A stretch of DNA of 64,000 nucleotides from a virus. The first letter of the stretch is position 1. Every line of letters starts with the position of its first letter. Under the pieces are notes generated by a model. It was given only the letters and a program-made list of their open reading frames with translations, was not told the DNA's origin and did not search any database. The position numbers and the translations under genes were made by a program. This document shows, one piece after another, positions 17,316 to 26,329 of the stretch. The DNA lies in the IMG/VR virus record IMGVR_UViG_3300037487_000581, positions 4,993 to 68,992 of that record. One strand, written 5' to 3'.

Positions 17316-18197
17316 TTAAACGTCGCTATACTCAGTACGTGAACCACGAGCATTTGATTGATAATGGATGTCAAACTCAAGCAATGCACATGCCCCTGTG
17401 TCGTTATCCAACGCGTCGCTAGAAGCTAACCTTGATATCTTCCACATGATACAACATGAATCGTTGAAACCAGTCATGTCAATTGGCCCAAATGCAACGA
17501 GTTCGTGTTTCTTTGCATTATTTGGATTCACCTTAGTGACCGTTGACAATGTTGTATAAGTTCCATAAGCATTGACGAAGTCACCGAACACATTGGCAAT
17601 GTCATATTCAAATTTCCAACGGGTGTTGTTAGCAGAAGCATTGATAAAACGCAAATGAATATGAGGATGTATTTCAGTTCCATTTGCCCAAGCGTGCGGC
17701 ATCTGAGCAATTCCAGCGATTGTATTGTCGGTATTGCCTGCGAATTCAAGCATCCCAGTCGCATTACTTACGGTCGGTGGAGCCGACGCTCCTGCGGGAT
17801 TAATGCCTTGAGATGGGAAACGTAGATCGTCCCAAAACAAACCTCGGTCTGAACCCATGACAAGCCACCCACTAGGGTACGCCTTCAATGTCACTAAGGT
17901 TTTCTCTGTCAACGGGTAAACCCCATTAACATCATTTATCAGATCGGTTCCATCGGGCAAAATATTGACTATATTCGCTCCTGTCGCATAGACATACAAC
18001 TTCCTTCCATTGATAACAGAAGGAAGTGTGATATCCACATCACCGGTAGATGTGTCAACAATGAGATAGTCATCATTGTTAGACACTGTATAATCAGCAT
18101 TGACATTCTTAACCTTCTCAAGTGAGTTCAACCATAACAATGTGTCCCGACTAGGGAACCGATCTGAAGCATGGTAATGCTCTTGATTGTCAAACAT
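17316..18197 (-). CDS. Virion/tail-fibre-like beta protein located outside the structural module
   Basis: ADYTV...DY.IVDTS.G.V.ITLP fibre-type segment followed by a WDDLRFP...QMPHAW...DIHYQ domain. Confidence 0.55.
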   Translation of the reverse strand: MFDNQEHYHASDRFPSRDTLLWLNSLEKVKNVNADYTVSNNDDYLIVDTSTGDVDITLPSVINGRKLYVYATGANIVNILPDGTDLINDVNGVYPLTEKTLVTLKAYPSGWLVMGSDRGLFWDDLRFPSQGINPAGASAPPTVSNATGMLEFAGNTDNTIAGIAQMPHAWANGTEIHPHIHLRFINASANNTRWKFEYDIANVFGDFVNAYGTYTTLSTVTKVNPNNAKKHELVAFGPIDMTGFNDSCCIMWKISRLASSDALDNDTGACALLEFDIHYQSNARGSRTEYSDV

Positions 18198-18198
18198 C

Positions 18199-18726
18199 TC
18201 ATCTATCCTGATCTACGTAACCGTCTGACAACGGTTCTTCACCGCCCCAAAAGTTCTTCAACATCGGACTGATAGCACCCTCATTGGTAATGTGATGATC
18301 TAACGCAGCCTTCATTGAATACTGACGCATCATTTCTTCACGCAAATGTTCAGGAACACCTGTCATAGCGTCTTCACGCATTTTGTCCATTTTAAATGAC
18401 AATTGCTCTTGATAGTCATCGGGGTATTTCTGTTTATCGATCAGAGAATCATCAGTAGGGTGTTTGACACTTTCCGCAGGACGAACCCCTTCCATATTAA
18501 TATGGATAGCTTTTTCTATATTGTATTCAAGTTCAATCAGCTTCTCAATAAAATGAATGGATTTTTCAAGGTCCTCTTTACCGTTCTTAAGATGATATCG
18601 CTCTAAATATTTCGTTGCACATCCTACAAAGTAACCGCGACCATATAGACGGTACATTCTATCCCAATGTTGTTCGCCATCTTTTGGATAGTGAGTACCG
18701 CCCACTTGTTTATCATTTGCGCTCAT
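18199..18726 (-). CDS. DUF3310 (SaV / T7 gp1.7-like nucleotide kinase) protein
   Basis: QVGGTHY...KYL.RY..KNG.EDL.K..H motif; ATGA overlap with the TS homologue. Confidence 0.85.
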   Translation of the reverse strand: MSANDKQVGGTHYPKDGEQHWDRMYRLYGRGYFVGCATKYLERYHLKNGKEDLEKSIHFIEKLIELEYNIEKAIHINMEGVRPAESVKHPTDDSLIDKQKYPDDYQEQLSFKMDKMREDAMTGVPEHLREEMMRQYSMKAALDHHITNEGAISPMLKNFWGGEEPLSDGYVDQDR

Positions 18727-19688
18727 TTGGATTCTCTCTTTTCCAACCATTGTTGACAAGCTAACCGCCAGTCTGTTGCCTGTATTGCTAGCGTATAGTA
18801 TAGCCCGTTTTTATTTTCCTTGTGTGCCCGGTGCGCCATCGCCATTGGCTTTGCGACGTAGTTAAAGAATGGATCCATGTACTTCACACTCCGCCACGGT
18901 TCTTCCATGAATGTGTATAAGTCACTCATCCAGCTTTCTTTATTGCTTACCAATGGGAACGGTGCGACCTGTCCGTTCTTATACGGGTCATCTACAGTCA
19001 GCGGTAAATCGTGACACTTGTTCCAATGGGGAGTGAGTTCTGTGTACACGTGCATACAGTTGCTGATCTGCCAATAACGCCCAACCTTAACACCGATCAT
19101 TGATGCAACATATTCTTGAATCACGCTCATGTGAACTGCATTTGCGCCCAATGCGCCAAGAATAAAATCATTACTACGATTGTAAACAGTCCAGTCGAGA
19201 TAACCATCGCGAATACGCGGGACGATAGTGAGGTTGCAAGCCTTGTCTAAAGTTTCTTTACCAAGGTCGTCGGTGTCCCATATCTGCAAGACGGCTTGAC
19301 GGTCGTCTGGATTTCTTCTGAGAAGTGTAATGACTTCGTCGATTTGGTCACGTCCAAAATGCGATCTGAGTCGGTGACCGTACGCGGCGTTGAAACGATC
19401 CCCATCGTCGCTATACTTCCGCATTTGGCTATTGTATTCATCAAGGAATTCAACATCATCTCTTCCTGCGAGCATCCAAAGACTCTCGAATAAATGAAAG
19501 AAGGGGTTGGCATCTCGTTCAGCAGAGAATAAAACTCTTTCGTCAGGTCTGTCGTACTGGACGGCGGTTGGAGACATGATTTCGAGTGTTGGTCCATTTC
19601 TACTATCCCTTTTCACACCGTTGTTTTTCAAATGAAACAATCCCAATGGGAAAATATCATTTACATTTCTACCGCGAATACTCAGCAT
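18723..19688 (-). CDS. Thymidylate-synthase homologue, probable dUMP hydroxymethylase
   Basis: SRNG, RDANPFFHL.E.LWMLAGR, AYG.R, catalytic Cys in DKACN, RSND, GANAVH (Asn, dUMP type) and HVY motifs. Confidence 0.88.
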   Translation of the reverse strand: MLSIRGRNVNDIFPLGLFHLKNNGVKRDSRNGPTLEIMSPTAVQYDRPDERVLFSAERDANPFFHLFESLWMLAGRDDVEFLDEYNSQMRKYSDDGDRFNAAYGHRLRSHFGRDQIDEVITLLRRNPDDRQAVLQIWDTDDLGKETLDKACNLTIVPRIRDGYLDWTVYNRSNDFILGALGANAVHMSVIQEYVASMIGVKVGRYWQISNCMHVYTELTPHWNKCHDLPLTVDDPYKNGQVAPFPLVSNKESWMSDLYTFMEEPWRSVKYMDPFFNYVAKPMAMAHRAHKENKNGLYYTLAIQATDWRLACQQWLEKRESK

Positions 19689-20020
19689 TAAATATCTCCT
19701 TTGTTGTTTATTGCGTCACAATCAAGTGATTGTAACACACTGAAAACTCCAAGTGCCAACTGGTCAATCGCCATCTCATTGTGATTATTATCTGCGTCTC
19801 TTAACTCACGAATGTTAAGACGCTCAACAATGACGTGTATCACCTCGTGCCAGAATGTTTGATTCATCATCTCAATAGACTTACTGTTGTCTATGCGAAT
19901 CGACTCCTCAACATAACTGACTTCACCATAAAGGTCAGTACGCTCTTTATTATGGCTGACCAAATGCCCGCCGTCAACACCCGTTACTTCAAAAGGTAAA
20001 CCACAGACTTTAATTTTCAT
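19688..20020 (-). CDS. HExxH zincin-like small protein
   Basis: YG......I.I...TFWHEVIH. Confidence 0.7.
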   Translation of the reverse strand: MKIKVCGLPFEVTGVDGGHLVSHNKERTDLYGEVSYVEESIRIDNSKSIEMMNQTFWHEVIHVIVERLNIRELRDADNNHNEMAIDQLALGVFSVLQSLDCDAINNKGDI

Positions 20021-20892
20021 TTTGCACCCGGATAATGTGAGCGAGGACGACCTTCACCATTCTTGACACGTAGATATTTATCGAACTCACAATTACAGTT
20101 CTGTATGTTGTGCGCGGGTAATAGCCAACCCAATTCGTCTTCAATTAGCAACCTTTGCTCATTTATCTCTTTCAACCCTTGATCTTGACGCAACGCTTTC
20201 TCAACCGGGCGACCGTGGTAACGGTTAAGACCGCGAATTGACCCTGGGCCGAGCGGAGCCCATGCCCACCAATCACTGGCCCCGTCAAGTAAAGGTGTAA
20301 ACTTAAGATCAGCAACGACTTGTCCTGCCATGAAACTACCGAGACCATCGAACTGACGAAGATGTTCCCAATATTCTTCAAGAGATTCTTGAAAATTTAG
20401 GTTAGGTCGATGATTGCGTGTTATCGGAGCACGACCTTTCTCCCAGATAGGAGTCAACACACGATCAAGAATGTAATCAACTTTGTCCATGCTGACACCG
20501 TTGGTGCTGACAAGATACGCGCCTGTAAAGACTTTACCTTCTTCAACATCACGAATATGTTTCAATTGAACACGAGCTGCGTCTTTCCAACCATTGAAAT
20601 TATAACCACTCGGAAACATGATTCTAGACAATGTCGGAGGCCAATTGAACAGGCGGGCAACGATCATAGCAAACCAAAGATTCGGATGGTCACGATATGG
20701 ATCAATCCAGTTCTTTTTAATCCAGATTGAGACAGTGTCTTTCTCGCGTTCGACATTGCAGAACTTGTAAGTTTGAAATATCGGATCATCACTCCAAGGT
20801 TTAGGATAACCGTGTTCTTTCTTCACGCGGATTGACTCACGCTCTTTGATCCAATATACAAACAGCTTCTGCATTTCATTAAGTTCGCTCAT
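20017..20892 (-). CDS. aGPT-Pplase1 / 5-hmdU DNA kinase helical-domain family protein
   Basis: ERE.IR..K..G...PWS.DPIF..YKFCNV.RE.D, RLFNWP.T, FTGAY, G.G.FMAGQVVADL, GPGS.RGL and CEFDKY.R motifs. Confidence 0.88.
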   Translation of the reverse strand: MSELNEMQKLFVYWIKERESIRVKKEHGYPKPWSDDPIFQTYKFCNVEREKDTVSIWIKKNWIDPYRDHPNLWFAMIVARLFNWPPTLSRIMFPSGYNFNGWKDAARVQLKHIRDVEEGKVFTGAYLVSTNGVSMDKVDYILDRVLTPIWEKGRAPITRNHRPNLNFQESLEEYWEHLRQFDGLGSFMAGQVVADLKFTPLLDGASDWWAWAPLGPGSIRGLNRYHGRPVEKALRQDQGLKEINEQRLLIEDELGWLLPAHNIQNCNCEFDKYLRVKNGEGRPRSHYPGAK

Positions 20893-21013
20893 TTGACTAA
20901 GCTCCAAATAATGTAAAACCAACACACGACAGAAGCAATTAGTGAATTTAGAAACAAGATCGATCTAATCGCATACTGTGTTTCATAAGACAAGTTGTAC
21001 CACCATTTGTGCA

Positions 21014-21529
21014 TCATTTTGCTAAAATCCTTATCAAATGTTTAGCTTGCGAAATTGCATCGGATAGTGCGTTGTGATGAGTTCCTTCGCGTTCCATTTT
21101 AATATGTGGTGCTAATGACTTCATAGTACGATAACAACGATCGTTATAATATTCCCACGGAACATCTAGCACCTTGTGTCTGCGATAAGCGTTGGCTAAA
21201 ATGACGTTATCAAATGAGGCACCATTTCCCCAGACTTTGACATCATCAAATTTTGACATATAGTTATTAAAATCTAACAACACATCGAATTCATGTTCAC
21301 CGACACGTTCAAACTCTCGTTGCGCTTCTTTTGTTTGAGCCATCCACCAAAGAACAGTAGACGTATCCATAACTCCACCGCATTTAACAGAAGTATCCAA
21401 GTCAATCACGTCATAGAACTTTTCGCCCAGTTCTCCTGTTTCAATATCAAATGCCACAGCACCAATCGCAATGATCGCGGCGTTGGTACTCGTACCCATT
21501 GTTTCAAGGTCTATCATCACATTGTTCAT
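21014..21529 (-). CDS. DEDDh 3'-5' exonuclease (exonuclease VIII / RNase T-like)
   Basis: MIDLET, VWGNG..FD, RC.RT and HNALSDA motifs. Confidence 0.9.
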   Translation of the reverse strand: MNNVMIDLETMGTSTNAAIIAIGAVAFDIETGELGEKFYDVIDLDTSVKCGGVMDTSTVLWWMAQTKEAQREFERVGEHEFDVLLDFNNYMSKFDDVKVWGNGASFDNVILANAYRRHKVLDVPWEYYNDRCYRTMKSLAPHIKMEREGTHHNALSDAISQAKHLIRILAK

Positions 21530-21785
21530 GTTTCACCTTTGTGTAAATACGTGGTTTTGAATACGCCGAGTTTTGAGTCACTTCTTTATGCTTAATCATC
21601 TTCTGAATCTGAGCACTTATTGTGTCTATAGTCAAACCTGTTCCGGCAACTAAATCTTTAGCCATGAACGTTTCAGGTACAGTTTCTAATAATTGGGCGC
21701 GTCGTGCTTTTGCCAAACGTGCGACCCGTTCATTACGCTTTTTAACCGCTTGATACTTATCAATCATCATTGCGATTCGCTCCAA
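21504..21785 (-). CDS. Small basic HTH-like protein
   Basis: F.AKDLVAGTGLTIDTISAQI winged-HTH-like segment; start uncertain. Confidence 0.5.
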   Translation of the reverse strand: MERIAMMIDKYQAVKKRNERVARLAKARRAQLLETVPETFMAKDLVAGTGLTIDTISAQIQKMIKHKEVTQNSAYSKPRIYTKVKHEQCDDRP

Positions 21786-23308
21786 AAATCAAAGTAAAGT
21801 TTACTCGAAGGTTGAACAATTGTCAACTTATCTTTTGCCCTTGTTACACCAACGTAAGCAACACGACGCTCATCATCAGGTGACTTTATAAACTCTTGAT
21901 GCGATTTATAGGCCATATCTGACAACAACACGACATGTGATGCTTCACCACCTTTTGCAGAATGTATCGTACCTATTGAGGTTTTTGGTGCATGGGTTAG
22001 CTTGTAACCATTCGAGAGCACTAGCCTGTAGTAGTCTATTAACCCCTGCCCTATACCGCTGCACACATTGTACCACGGTGCCAAGTCTTTTAAACCATAC
22101 TCATCACGCAACTTGGCAAAGTCAAACATATCAGTATCTTTAACATTGGCAATGCGAACTTTATGGCCGCGAGCCAAATATTCACCAACGTGCATCGCAT
22201 CGTACATTGCTTTGGCTTCTGCACCAGTTATTGATTCAGTTTTACGCAACTTCTCAACAGCGTAGATCGCTTTAACGTGAGCAGAGTGTATTGATGAACG
22301 ACCGTATTTTCCAACATAAGGCATACCGATCATCATAAAGTGTTCAGCAATGCGCTTTGTCAAAAAGTTGTTACGCACAAGAATCAACGTATCTTCATTA
22401 GCATCAAAATCAATGTTCTCAAGCGAATTAACAAAGTCAACTTGACCTTCAACATCACGACTATTAAACGGTTTATCAAATCTGCTTTCAATTTTGGACA
22501 CCAAACCTTTCGCCAATTCATGAACCGAACGAGGTAATCGGTACGATTGACTTAGAACCTGCTTTTCACCTTCAAGCGCCAAGAACGACTTTATATCAGC
22601 ACCGCTAAAACGATAGATTGACTGATCATCGTCACCAGAGATTATCGTCTGCTTAACGTTCTTGAACGCATGTTGTAATACCGACCATTGCAAACGCGAC
22701 AAATCTTGAGCTTCGTCAACAATAGCGTAGTGAGCATTAGAGCTATCACACATATGAATGTAAGCATCGAGCATGTCAGTGAAGTCCATAACATACTTGG
22801 AACTTTTGAAATCTTGATACCCTTCTTGGAATCGTTCAAGTTCTTCCCATTCGCATTCAACATAGTTCTCCTCCCAGATCTCACGCAACGGTCGTTGTTG
22901 CACCCGAGCAAGGTTGTCAAGAAACAATAAAATGTCGCCTTTCTCGCTACCTACCGGCACACCTTCAGCTTCATCCCACGTACCTTCAAAACGATAACCC
23001 AACCATTCACCTAACTCACGATAATGTTCTTTACCTATAACATCTGCTTTACCAATACCGAGTGCTGCGAAACACATGGCATGAACTGTCTTGAACATCG
23101 GTAATTGTCTTGCTTTAATATTGAATCTATCTGCTGCGCGTTCTGTTGCCTCACTAACCGCTTTCTTTGTAAAACTGACAAACGCCACTTTGTCAGGCGG
23201 TACTTCTTTCTTAAACAATTCGTCAACGTGATTTAAAACTGTCGTCGTTTTCCCGGTACCTGGAGGACCAAGTATTACCGTTTGATTATCAGAAATCCTC
23301 ATGTTCAC
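21767..23308 (-). CDS. UvrD/Rep-like SF1 helicase
   Basis: GPPGTGKT, SFT, VDEAQD, GDDDQSIY, QSYR, TIH.AKG.E and YV.VTRAK motifs. Confidence 0.95.
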   Translation of the reverse strand: MNMRISDNQTVILGPPGTGKTTTVLNHVDELFKKEVPPDKVAFVSFTKKAVSEATERAADRFNIKARQLPMFKTVHAMCFAALGIGKADVIGKEHYRELGEWLGYRFEGTWDEAEGVPVGSEKGDILLFLDNLARVQQRPLREIWEENYVECEWEELERFQEGYQDFKSSKYVMDFTDMLDAYIHMCDSSNAHYAIVDEAQDLSRLQWSVLQHAFKNVKQTIISGDDDQSIYRFSGADIKSFLALEGEKQVLSQSYRLPRSVHELAKGLVSKIESRFDKPFNSRDVEGQVDFVNSLENIDFDANEDTLILVRNNFLTKRIAEHFMMIGMPYVGKYGRSSIHSAHVKAIYAVEKLRKTESITGAEAKAMYDAMHVGEYLARGHKVRIANVKDTDMFDFAKLRDEYGLKDLAPWYNVCSGIGQGLIDYYRLVLSNGYKLTHAPKTSIGTIHSAKGGEASHVVLLSDMAYKSHQEFIKSPDDERRVAYVGVTRAKDKLTIVQPSSKLYFDFWSESQ

Positions 23309-24794
23309 TTCCTTTTTCTGGCACGGCTAATTTACGTTCTTTAGACTTAGGATCATATATTGTGTTCGGTACGCACCACACTGTTTCAACACCCTCTCGT
23401 ACCAAGGTCACACCCAAGTCCGTCATAACCAACCATATCTTACGCGGGTCATATTTCATGTTTTGCCGTTCAAGAAAGCCCATGAAATCTATACCACGGA
23501 ACAAATAACTTTCATCTTTAGGGAACCAACGGCCCATTCGTATTTCAGAAGAGGCTTTTCCAGGTGGGGTCATTGCGAAGAATTTTGGCAGGTAGTCTTC
23601 AACCCTATCTGTCATCCGCGTCTCACGCGGCATATCTATGATCTCTATTGCAGATAACTTGTTTCGTACAAATTTGTCCCAGTCCTCATTCTTCATGCGC
23701 CCTGGAATCTTGTTTATAGCGTTGACACAAACAACTTTGAAACGGTCTTGATTTAGTAGGTCTTCCGTCTCTATCTCTGTACGCACACCCTCTAATGACA
23801 ATATCCACATCGGTGGTTGTGAGTTCATTTTTGTTACTGAGTCAAGCGCAATACCAACATCAATATGTTGGAAAGCGTGAATGCCAAACTCTCTTGATTT
23901 ACACGTTTCACGATTGCAATTGTTACAGAGTGGAGTGTTGTTGCATGTGTACGAATAATTCTTCTTCTCAAGTGACTTTACAATCGCACCGACTTCACGG
24001 TGATTAAGCGGTGGGTTGATAAAGTTATGGTTGAAGTTATTGAGTTCATCTTCCCATGTTGATTCGTACTTGACACGAGCATAAACACCCAAGTTGAACA
24101 ACACGTTGTTCCGCTCACCCATCCCTGCTTTTTGCCGTATGATTGACTGCAAACAAGGCGGACCGTCTTCTATTTCAGACTGAGTTGCTGGTACAACAAA
24201 GTCCGTAACCATCTCAAGCTGCATTGACTCGACATACTCAAGAAACTCTACAGAACCGAGTTGTTTACCGTCTTTTATTGCGTAACGCTCTGTATCATCA
24301 CCGCAGAAGTACGGCATGTTGAGCCAATTGCCAATATCTGTTTTGTTGGCTAACCGTACTTGTTTTGGATAAAACTCACGTTCACCTAGGTCAAGGGCAA
24401 AACTCGCCTCTGCCATCTTTGCTCGCACTTCCGAGCAAGGAACCCAGTCTTTCCAGAATGCTGTAAGATGAGCCCCGCCTGACTTTGTCTTGAGTACGAC
24501 AAACGGCATGTCTAACGCTTTGACTTTTTGCTCAAGCTCAATTAAGTCTAATGGGTAGATGTCAACATCAATTGCGCCCCATACGCACATCCCATCATCG
24601 TTAATTGGGATGACACCCAGACCTTCTGTACCTGCTAAATGCTTTTCCCAACACTCAACATTGTAAGCCTCGTGTAAGGTTTGATTAGTTGATTCTCGCT
24701 TACCTTTTGAATTGATTCTAGTGCTTGTTTTGTTCTTGCCACGTGCTCTATCTAAACCACGATAGATATTGAAAAACCTCTCAGCAAAGCTCAT
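23289..24794 (-). CDS. AEP-type primase with PriCT-like domain
   Basis: WGAIDVD, KTKSGGAH, GNWLNMPY, PPCL and GERNN.LFN motifs. Confidence 0.85.
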   Translation of the reverse strand: MSFAERFFNIYRGLDRARGKNKTSTRINSKGKRESTNQTLHEAYNVECWEKHLAGTEGLGVIPINDDGMCVWGAIDVDIYPLDLIELEQKVKALDMPFVVLKTKSGGAHLTAFWKDWVPCSEVRAKMAEASFALDLGEREFYPKQVRLANKTDIGNWLNMPYFCGDDTERYAIKDGKQLGSVEFLEYVESMQLEMVTDFVVPATQSEIEDGPPCLQSIIRQKAGMGERNNVLFNLGVYARVKYESTWEDELNNFNHNFINPPLNHREVGAIVKSLEKKNYSYTCNNTPLCNNCNRETCKSREFGIHAFQHIDVGIALDSVTKMNSQPPMWILSLEGVRTEIETEDLLNQDRFKVVCVNAINKIPGRMKNEDWDKFVRNKLSAIEIIDMPRETRMTDRVEDYLPKFFAMTPPGKASSEIRMGRWFPKDESYLFRGIDFMGFLERQNMKYDPRKIWLVMTDLGVTLVREGVETVWCVPNTIYDPKSKERKLAVPEKGSEHEDF

Positions 24795-24945
24795 AACGCG
24801 CCTTTGTTATCTATATAACCCTATGTTTAGGGCGGGCTAATAGTGTACTGCCAACAAGCCTGCCACTGCAAACTCTGTACGGGCCTCTCACCCATCCGGA
24901 TCTCATTTAACGGCTACAGATCTCCCTGCCGCTGATCAATTAAGA

Positions 24946-25734
24946 TCAGAACTTCTCTTTCTCGTTTGACGGAGATTCAACGTTCATGTTGCGTTCCACC
25001 TTGGCAAGGCCCGACTTGACTGTGTGATTGAATGCCTTGGCTTCAAGGTATTCGGCACTGTCAGACGGAATCTTGTCACCGAGCTCGAACTTGTAACCGA
25101 ACCAAGAACCTTTGTCATTGCTCTGAGCAACGGTCTTGACACGATAGTAACGCGAGAACATCGGGGCAGTTTCGTACATGCCGGACACAGGGTTCTTTTC
25201 CTTCTGACCTTGCATCATTGACATCCAGGTTTTGGACGCTTTGATTTGGCTAGAGGACAAACTCATGATAGCCGGAGACAACTGACCATTGTGGCTGATC
25301 AACACGTAGTGATTACGTGTGTCGCTGAGTTGGTGACCATTGGGTAACATATTGCGACCCTTGTCATCACGTTCAGTTTGCGAAACAAGCGGGTCATTCG
25401 GACTGTGCTCACCAAAGAAACCACCACCGGACTCACGCAGACCCCATTCGATGAAGCGTTGCGTGTAATGACAAGGGATGATCAGAACACCTTCATCGCC
25501 GAAACAATCTTGAGTGACGCTGTTGAAGAGCATTCCTTCTTCAGCACCCTTGATGTAGGATCCATCGGACTTCTTGACTTGCGGGGAACCAGATTGCAGA
25601 ATGCTCAAGAACGGAATTGCATACGATTCTTGACTGGTTTCCTCAAAACCACTACCTGCATCTTGAGAATACTGCTCATCAGCAAGTGCAACAGCGGTTT
25701 CAGCTTTTACTGCGACTTCATTGGTTTTTGCCAT
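24946..25734 (-). CDS. Single-stranded DNA-binding protein (phage type)
   Basis: G.GFE...IPFL.ILQ..SPQV, IEW, M.L.SSQ.K.S..W and N.KGSW motifs; charged tail ending in Phe; position within the replication module. Confidence 0.7.
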   Translation of the reverse strand: MAKTNEVAVKAETAVALADEQYSQDAGSGFEETSQESYAIPFLSILQSGSPQVKKSDGSYIKGAEEGMLFNSVTQDCFGDEGVLIIPCHYTQRFIEWGLRESGGGFFGEHSPNDPLVSQTERDDKGRNMLPNGHQLSDTRNHYVLISHNGQLSPAIMSLSSSQIKASKTWMSMMQGQKEKNPVSGMYETAPMFSRYYRVKTVAQSNDKGSWFGYKFELGDKIPSDSAEYLEAKAFNHTVKSGLAKVERNMNVESPSNEKEKF

Positions 25735-25744
25735 TTCGATTTCC

Positions 25745-26158
25745 TTTTAAAACGGTTAGTTGGTTGTGACCGTCTCTCCGACCTGTCATACGAATCATTT
25801 AGATACAGGCCCGCAGAACGTCTGTACCGAGCGATCGTATATGCTCGTGCTCATCTTTACTACGAACACTGCTGTCTCATCACTCACCGTCCGTGTCGTA
25901 CATTACACGTCGTTGGTGCGTCACGCATTGTGAGACTTCCCGCACTCACATCAGTTGTTAGTGTCTAGAATAACAACTGACGAACAGTGTTCGTAGTAAA
26001 GATGACCGCTTACGCCGGTCAATCGGCACTTGTTACGACTTAATGCGGCTATGCTCGCCCGGCCACTACGTCTCGTAACTAACGCCACACCGTTAGACAA
26101 GTCAGGTGCAGAATGCTCATTTAACGACAGTAGGATTGTCAGCCTGCCAGCAAAGTCA
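25745..26158 (-). ncRNA. Candidate structured non-coding RNA / leader (family not identified)
   Basis: No credible minus-strand gene; perfect 21-bp long-range inverted repeat plus at least six local hairpins. Confidence 0.55.
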
Positions 26159-26329
26159 TTATTTGATATTGAAATTCCTCGGATAGTAAGTCTTTACATC
26201 AGAACTCATCACTGTTTCCATTGTCTTTCTAGGGTCAACCCATCCGAATCTGTAACCGTTGACAACAGGTAATTCAGATTCAAGTTTACTTTGAAAAAGT
26301 AGGAAATCAACAACCTGTTTAAACGTCAT
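26159..26329 (-). CDS. 56-aa hypothetical protein (not in ORF track)
   Basis: ATGA overlap with the upstream gene; MTFKQVVDFL...YYPRNFNIK*. Confidence 0.45.
   Translation of the reverse strand: MTFKQVVDFLLFQSKLESELPVVNGYRFGWVDPRKTMETVMSSDVKTYYPRNFNIK

Noticed and set aside
25745-26158. tRNA, hammerhead or pistol ribozyme, or rRNA fragment
   Set aside because: No cloverleaf or T-loop; no complete CUGANGA...GAAA core; only the GUUAAAU linker resembles pistol; rRNA similarity is limited to 13 nt.
26180-26215. SDVKTYYP in the 56-aa ORF resembles PolB motif A (DVTSYYP)
   Set aside because: Similarity covers only a few residues with no flanking homology; probably chance.
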